DNA of 64,000 nucleotides from Promethearchaeati archaeon (GTDB taxonomy: Archaea > Asgardarchaeota > Heimdallarchaeia > Heimdallarchaeales > Heimdallarchaeaceae): assembly GCA_013166775.1 (NCBI GenBank), contig JABLTJ010000010.1, positions 1-64,000 of the forward strand. Direction: 5' to 3'. Under the pieces are notes generated by a model. The model worked only from the letters and a program-made list of their open reading frames with translations, did not search any database and was not told where the DNA came from. How positions within the stretch are numbered: the first letter of the stretch is position 1; the number at the start of each line of letters is the position of its first letter. Position numbers and translations under genes: made by a program. Shown piece after piece: positions 60,794-64,000 of the stretch.

Positions 60794-61666
60794 TTATAAC
60801 ATATGATGAATACAAACTCCAGTATTGAGGAGCTTATCTCTAATTTTGCTAGATAAAGGTTTGGAAATTTTCTTCAAGAGATTTCTTTGTTTCGATTTAC
60901 CAATTATTACTAAATCGGGTTCATCCTTACCAGAAATAAATTTCAACGAAGATAAAACTTTGTGACCAACAATAAACTTGGGTTGAACAATCTGTCCGAA
61001 AATATCCTCATATCTTTTGAGGTAAGTTCTAAATGAATTCTGTTCTTTTTTAATCTCCTTCTCTTTAAGAACTTCTCTTAGAGGTAATGCAGCAGGTACT
61101 GCAGCGATGTGATAAACCTTAACTTTGGCATTTTTTTGTGGTGCAGCAATAGCTGATGCCCATCTAAGAAGAAAAGGATCTCTTGTAGAATAAGGTAGTA
61201 AAACAGCTATGTTCTTTAGTTTATCAGAAATTTTCTTTAACGTAGGGGGAAAGACTTGAAGAATTTCAGTATGAATATAAGGTATTATTGAAGTTGAAAT
61301 ACTCTTAGTTGTCATTTTATCAAGAAGAGTGGGTCTTCTTCTTCCAGACATAATCACAAGATTATGCCTGTGTTTCTTCCAATATTCGATTATTGCTTCA
61401 GGAATATTCTTCTTATTCTCGATAATCAGGTCGTGTTCGATTTCATATTTCGAAAGTTTTTTGAGATAATTATCGATGCTACTACCAACATCTGTTCCTA
61501 TATGTAAAAGATCTATTTTTCCCCCATATTCATGTGCTATATAAAATGCGATTTCCAACCCCATACACTCAAAATCTTGACCACCTATTGGCACTAAAAT
61601 TCTATCAAGATTCAAGAAATAAACATCTTGAAAATCAGGGTGTAATTTTGAGGGAATCCTTGACAT
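60794..61666 (-). CDS. Tandem universal stress protein (USP) domain protein
   Basis: RILVPIGG...LLHI...LVIMSG and a second repeat NIAVLL...DLVIIG. Confidence 0.8.
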   Translation of the reverse strand: MSRIPSKLHPDFQDVYFLNLDRILVPIGGQDFECMGLEIAFYIAHEYGGKIDLLHIGTDVGSSIDNYLKKLSKYEIEHDLIIENKKNIPEAIIEYWKKHRHNLVIMSGRRRPTLLDKMTTKSISTSIIPYIHTEILQVFPPTLKKISDKLKNIAVLLPYSTRDPFLLRWASAIAAPQKNAKVKVYHIAAVPAALPLREVLKEKEIKKEQNSFRTYLKRYEDIFGQIVQPKFIVGHKVLSSLKFISGKDEPDLVIIGKSKQRNLLKKISKPLSSKIRDKLLNTGVCIHHML

Positions 61667-61733
61667 TCTCTTGTTCGATAACGGTTAAAACTCATCTAAT
61701 ATAAAGATTATTCTAAAAATTTGTTAGAGCAAT

Positions 61734-62744
61734 CTAGACTTGCTCTCGTAAATCTATTATATCCTCAGCTGATGGACCAGTACCAATAATTGAAACTTTG
61801 ATTCTAGTCTCGGATTCAATCTTCTCGATAAACTCCTCTATTTCACCTTTTATCATATCAACATCATTGGCTTTTGCTATTTGTGGATAAAGAATATCAA
61901 GTTTAGTTAAACCAATCTGTGATGCTCCATTCAATCTTACTGCTTTTCTAGCAAGGTCGTAATTGAATGGTGCAGCTCTTCTCAATCGTCCTGTGACAGC
62001 TCCATATTCTTCCCATCCCCTTCTCATTGTTTCTTCGGGTGATAGTTCTCCTGGTAGCTCCCCTGTTCCTACTCTAGTAATAAAAGATTTCATGATAACC
62101 ATAACATCAGTAACTCTTGTTGGACCTACTCCAAGATCTGAACAAATCGCAGCTGCAGAAGTGTCCTTAGATGTAACATAAGGATAACTTCCATGAAACA
62201 ATGAAAGTAGTATTGCTTGACTTCCTTCTGCCATTACTCCATTGCCTTTGTCTAACTCATCATTAATTTCTACACTAACATCAGTAAGATAAGATTCTAG
62301 TTCAGGAATTTCTTTAGCTATTTTTAATTTACGTAGCACTCTGTCAACATTTGCTGGACCAGTCCCACTTCCTGTTGACCCTATCTTTACTTTGAGATGT
62401 TCATTAGAAGAATCAATGTTTATATGTTCTTGTTCAATGATTCCACATTGAAAATCTACACCCATTCTATCATGAGTTTTGGTCACATCTAGTTCTTTTA
62501 GTAAAATCTTAGGGTCAACTAAAACTCCAGCACCTATTAATAAACGAATCCTTGGATTTACAAAACCAGATGGAACCATTCGAAGCTTATATTCTTGCTT
62601 TTGAAACTGAATTGTGTGACCAGCGTTTGTTCCTACTCCAGCTCTTGCTACAATGCTTGGTTCATCTTTTAAAGCTAGAAAAGAAAGAATCTTACCTTTT
62701 CCTTCATCTCCCCAAAAACCTCCACAAACAACAGTAAATGACAT
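61734..62744 (-). CDS. purA: Adenylosuccinate synthetase (short archaeal type)
   Basis: WGDEGKGK, NAGHT, EGSQ, YPYVTS, TRVG.G, VTGR.RR, TKLD. Confidence 0.97.
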   Translation of the reverse strand: MSFTVVCGGFWGDEGKGKILSFLALKDEPSIVARAGVGTNAGHTIQFQKQEYKLRMVPSGFVNPRIRLLIGAGVLVDPKILLKELDVTKTHDRMGVDFQCGIIEQEHINIDSSNEHLKVKIGSTGSGTGPANVDRVLRKLKIAKEIPELESYLTDVSVEINDELDKGNGVMAEGSQAILLSLFHGSYPYVTSKDTSAAAICSDLGVGPTRVTDVMVIMKSFITRVGTGELPGELSPEETMRRGWEEYGAVTGRLRRAAPFNYDLARKAVRLNGASQIGLTKLDILYPQIAKANDVDMIKGEIEEFIEKIESETRIKVSIIGTGPSAEDIIDLREQV

Positions 62745-62854
62745 ACAAGAATAGACAAGGAAAACTCATTGTTAAATTTTTCACATCAACTCTGATATAG
62801 TATTAAATTACATTGAGAAAGAAATATTAGTGCAACAAGAATCTTGTTCTCATC

Positions 62855-63703
62855 ATGGATTACGAATTAGTGGAATTTGAATCGCCCTTTTTCACACTAT
62901 ATAAGTTGCATGAAGGAATCTATGCCGTAATTGCCACAGATCATGCTCTAACTGGTGCAAATGCAGGTTTTTTTAATATAGGGAATCATACAATTCTATT
63001 TGATACTTTGGCAACTCCTAATGCAACTCAGGATTTACTAAAAGCATCTGAAATCTTTACTTCAAGAAAACCTACGATGGTTATAAATAGTCATTATCAC
63101 GGAGATCACATTTATGGAAATTATGCAATTCCCTCTAGTGTTCCAATAATAAGTAATCCAACAACTCTAGCAATGATGAAGAAGTATACTTTAGAGAAGT
63201 TAGCTGAATACCAGAAAATTGCTCCATCAGAGATAAACTAATACAAAGAACAATTGAATTCTGAAGAGAATCCCTCAAAAATTTTTGAAATAGAAAACGA
63301 TATTAAATTCTTGGAAACAATAATAGAACCAAATTTTCATTTAAGAACTCCTGATTTGCTAATTGATGATTCCCTTATTGCTCAAGGTAGTGAAAGAATG
63401 GTACAAATTCTCAATGTAGGAGCCGCACATTCAGAAGGAGATATCATAGCTTACTTCCCTTCAGAAAAAATCTGTTTTATGAGTGATCTCTTATTTGAAA
63501 ATGTAGAACCCAGTTGGGCAGAAAAGGAAACAGTAATGCCATTTGCTGTTAATCCACTTCAACATTATAAAATTCTTGAAAAATACAATAAGAAAGAACT
63601 AATAGCAGCTGTTCCAGGTCATGGAAAACTGATTTCTGCTGCTTCTGTTTTCGAGAAAAATATGGATTATTTAAAGCTAAAATATCAAGAAGTGTTGAAA
63701 TAA
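62855..63703 (+). pseudogene. MBL-fold metallo-hydrolase split by an in-frame TAA
   Basis: SHYHGDH in part 1; AHS.GD, SDL and PGHG in part 2; same frame, TAA at 63239-63241. Confidence 0.8.
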
Positions 63704-63759
63704 AATACGCTTTAACAAAAAACTAATAAATTACCTCTCTAAGTCAAGCTTGAATAACA

Positions 63760-64000
63760 ATGTCCATATTTGGAGTTGTAAAGATTGTACTTTTAGGTGA
63801 TTACGCAACAGGAAAGACAACCCTAAAAAGAAATTTCATGGGTCTTCATTTAGATGAAGCTTATATGAGTACCCTAGGTGTAGATTTAGCATCTCACAAA
63901 CACGAAGACGAAGATATGGAAATAACCTTTCAGATTTGGGATCTTGGAGGACAACCAGAATTTAAAGAACTGAGAAGTAAGCAATATGCAGGAGCAGAGG
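63760..64000 (+). CDS. Rab/Ras-like small GTPase (truncated by the window edge; not in ORF track)
   Basis: MSIFGVVKIVLLGDYATGKTT...YMSTLGVD...FQIWDLGGQ: G1, G2 and G3 boxes. Confidence 0.9.
   Translation, partial: MSIFGVVKIVLLGDYATGKTTLKRNFMGLHLDEAYMSTLGVDLASHKHEDEDMEITFQIWDLGGQPEFKELRSKQYAGAE

Noticed and set aside
161-62737. Numerous 60-110 aa ORFs in the track that overlap longer genes on the opposite strand or in another frame
   Set aside because: They lie within well-supported genes and carry no recognisable motifs; treated as spurious.
63239-63241. In-frame stop in the MBL hydrolase as recoding
   Set aside because: The codon is TAA, not TGA or TAG; a point mutation or sequencing error is simpler.

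Overview
AT-rich, gene-dense archaeal DNA. The set of eukaryote-like genes (ubiquitin-type E1/E2/RING/JAMM/Ubl, longin-like domains, AN1 zinc finger, Rab-like GTPase) points to an Asgard archaeon; this is an inference. Three blocks stand out. (1) 21.2-27.8 kb: a complete ubiquitin-like conjugation cluster with an E2, a JAMM protease, two membrane-anchored RING proteins, a RING-less paralog of one of them, a Lys/Pro-rich repeat protein, a Ub/SUMO-like modifier with an acidic N-tail ending in -STAG, and a Uba2/Uba3-type E1. (2) 27.8-34.4 kb: a tandem array of seven ATC-hydrolase/V4R-like Cys proteins. (3) 46.3-56.2 kb: two ~1190-aa single-pass surface proteins with a cytoplasmic longin-like + winged-helix module, each followed by a soluble paralog of that module. 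The rest is mostly ordinary metabolism, transport and regulation (purA, PLP enzymes, GGR-family reductase, GNATs, CPBP proteases, three acyltransferase-3 genes, two cold-shock proteins). Not in the ORF track: a duplicated 33-aa microprotein with a conserved promoter, a 50-aa zinc ribbon, a truncated Rab-like GTPase at the right edge, and a four-copy palindromic operator. Several genes are broken by single frameshifts or stops. No rRNA, tRNA, CRISPR array or transposase was recognised.
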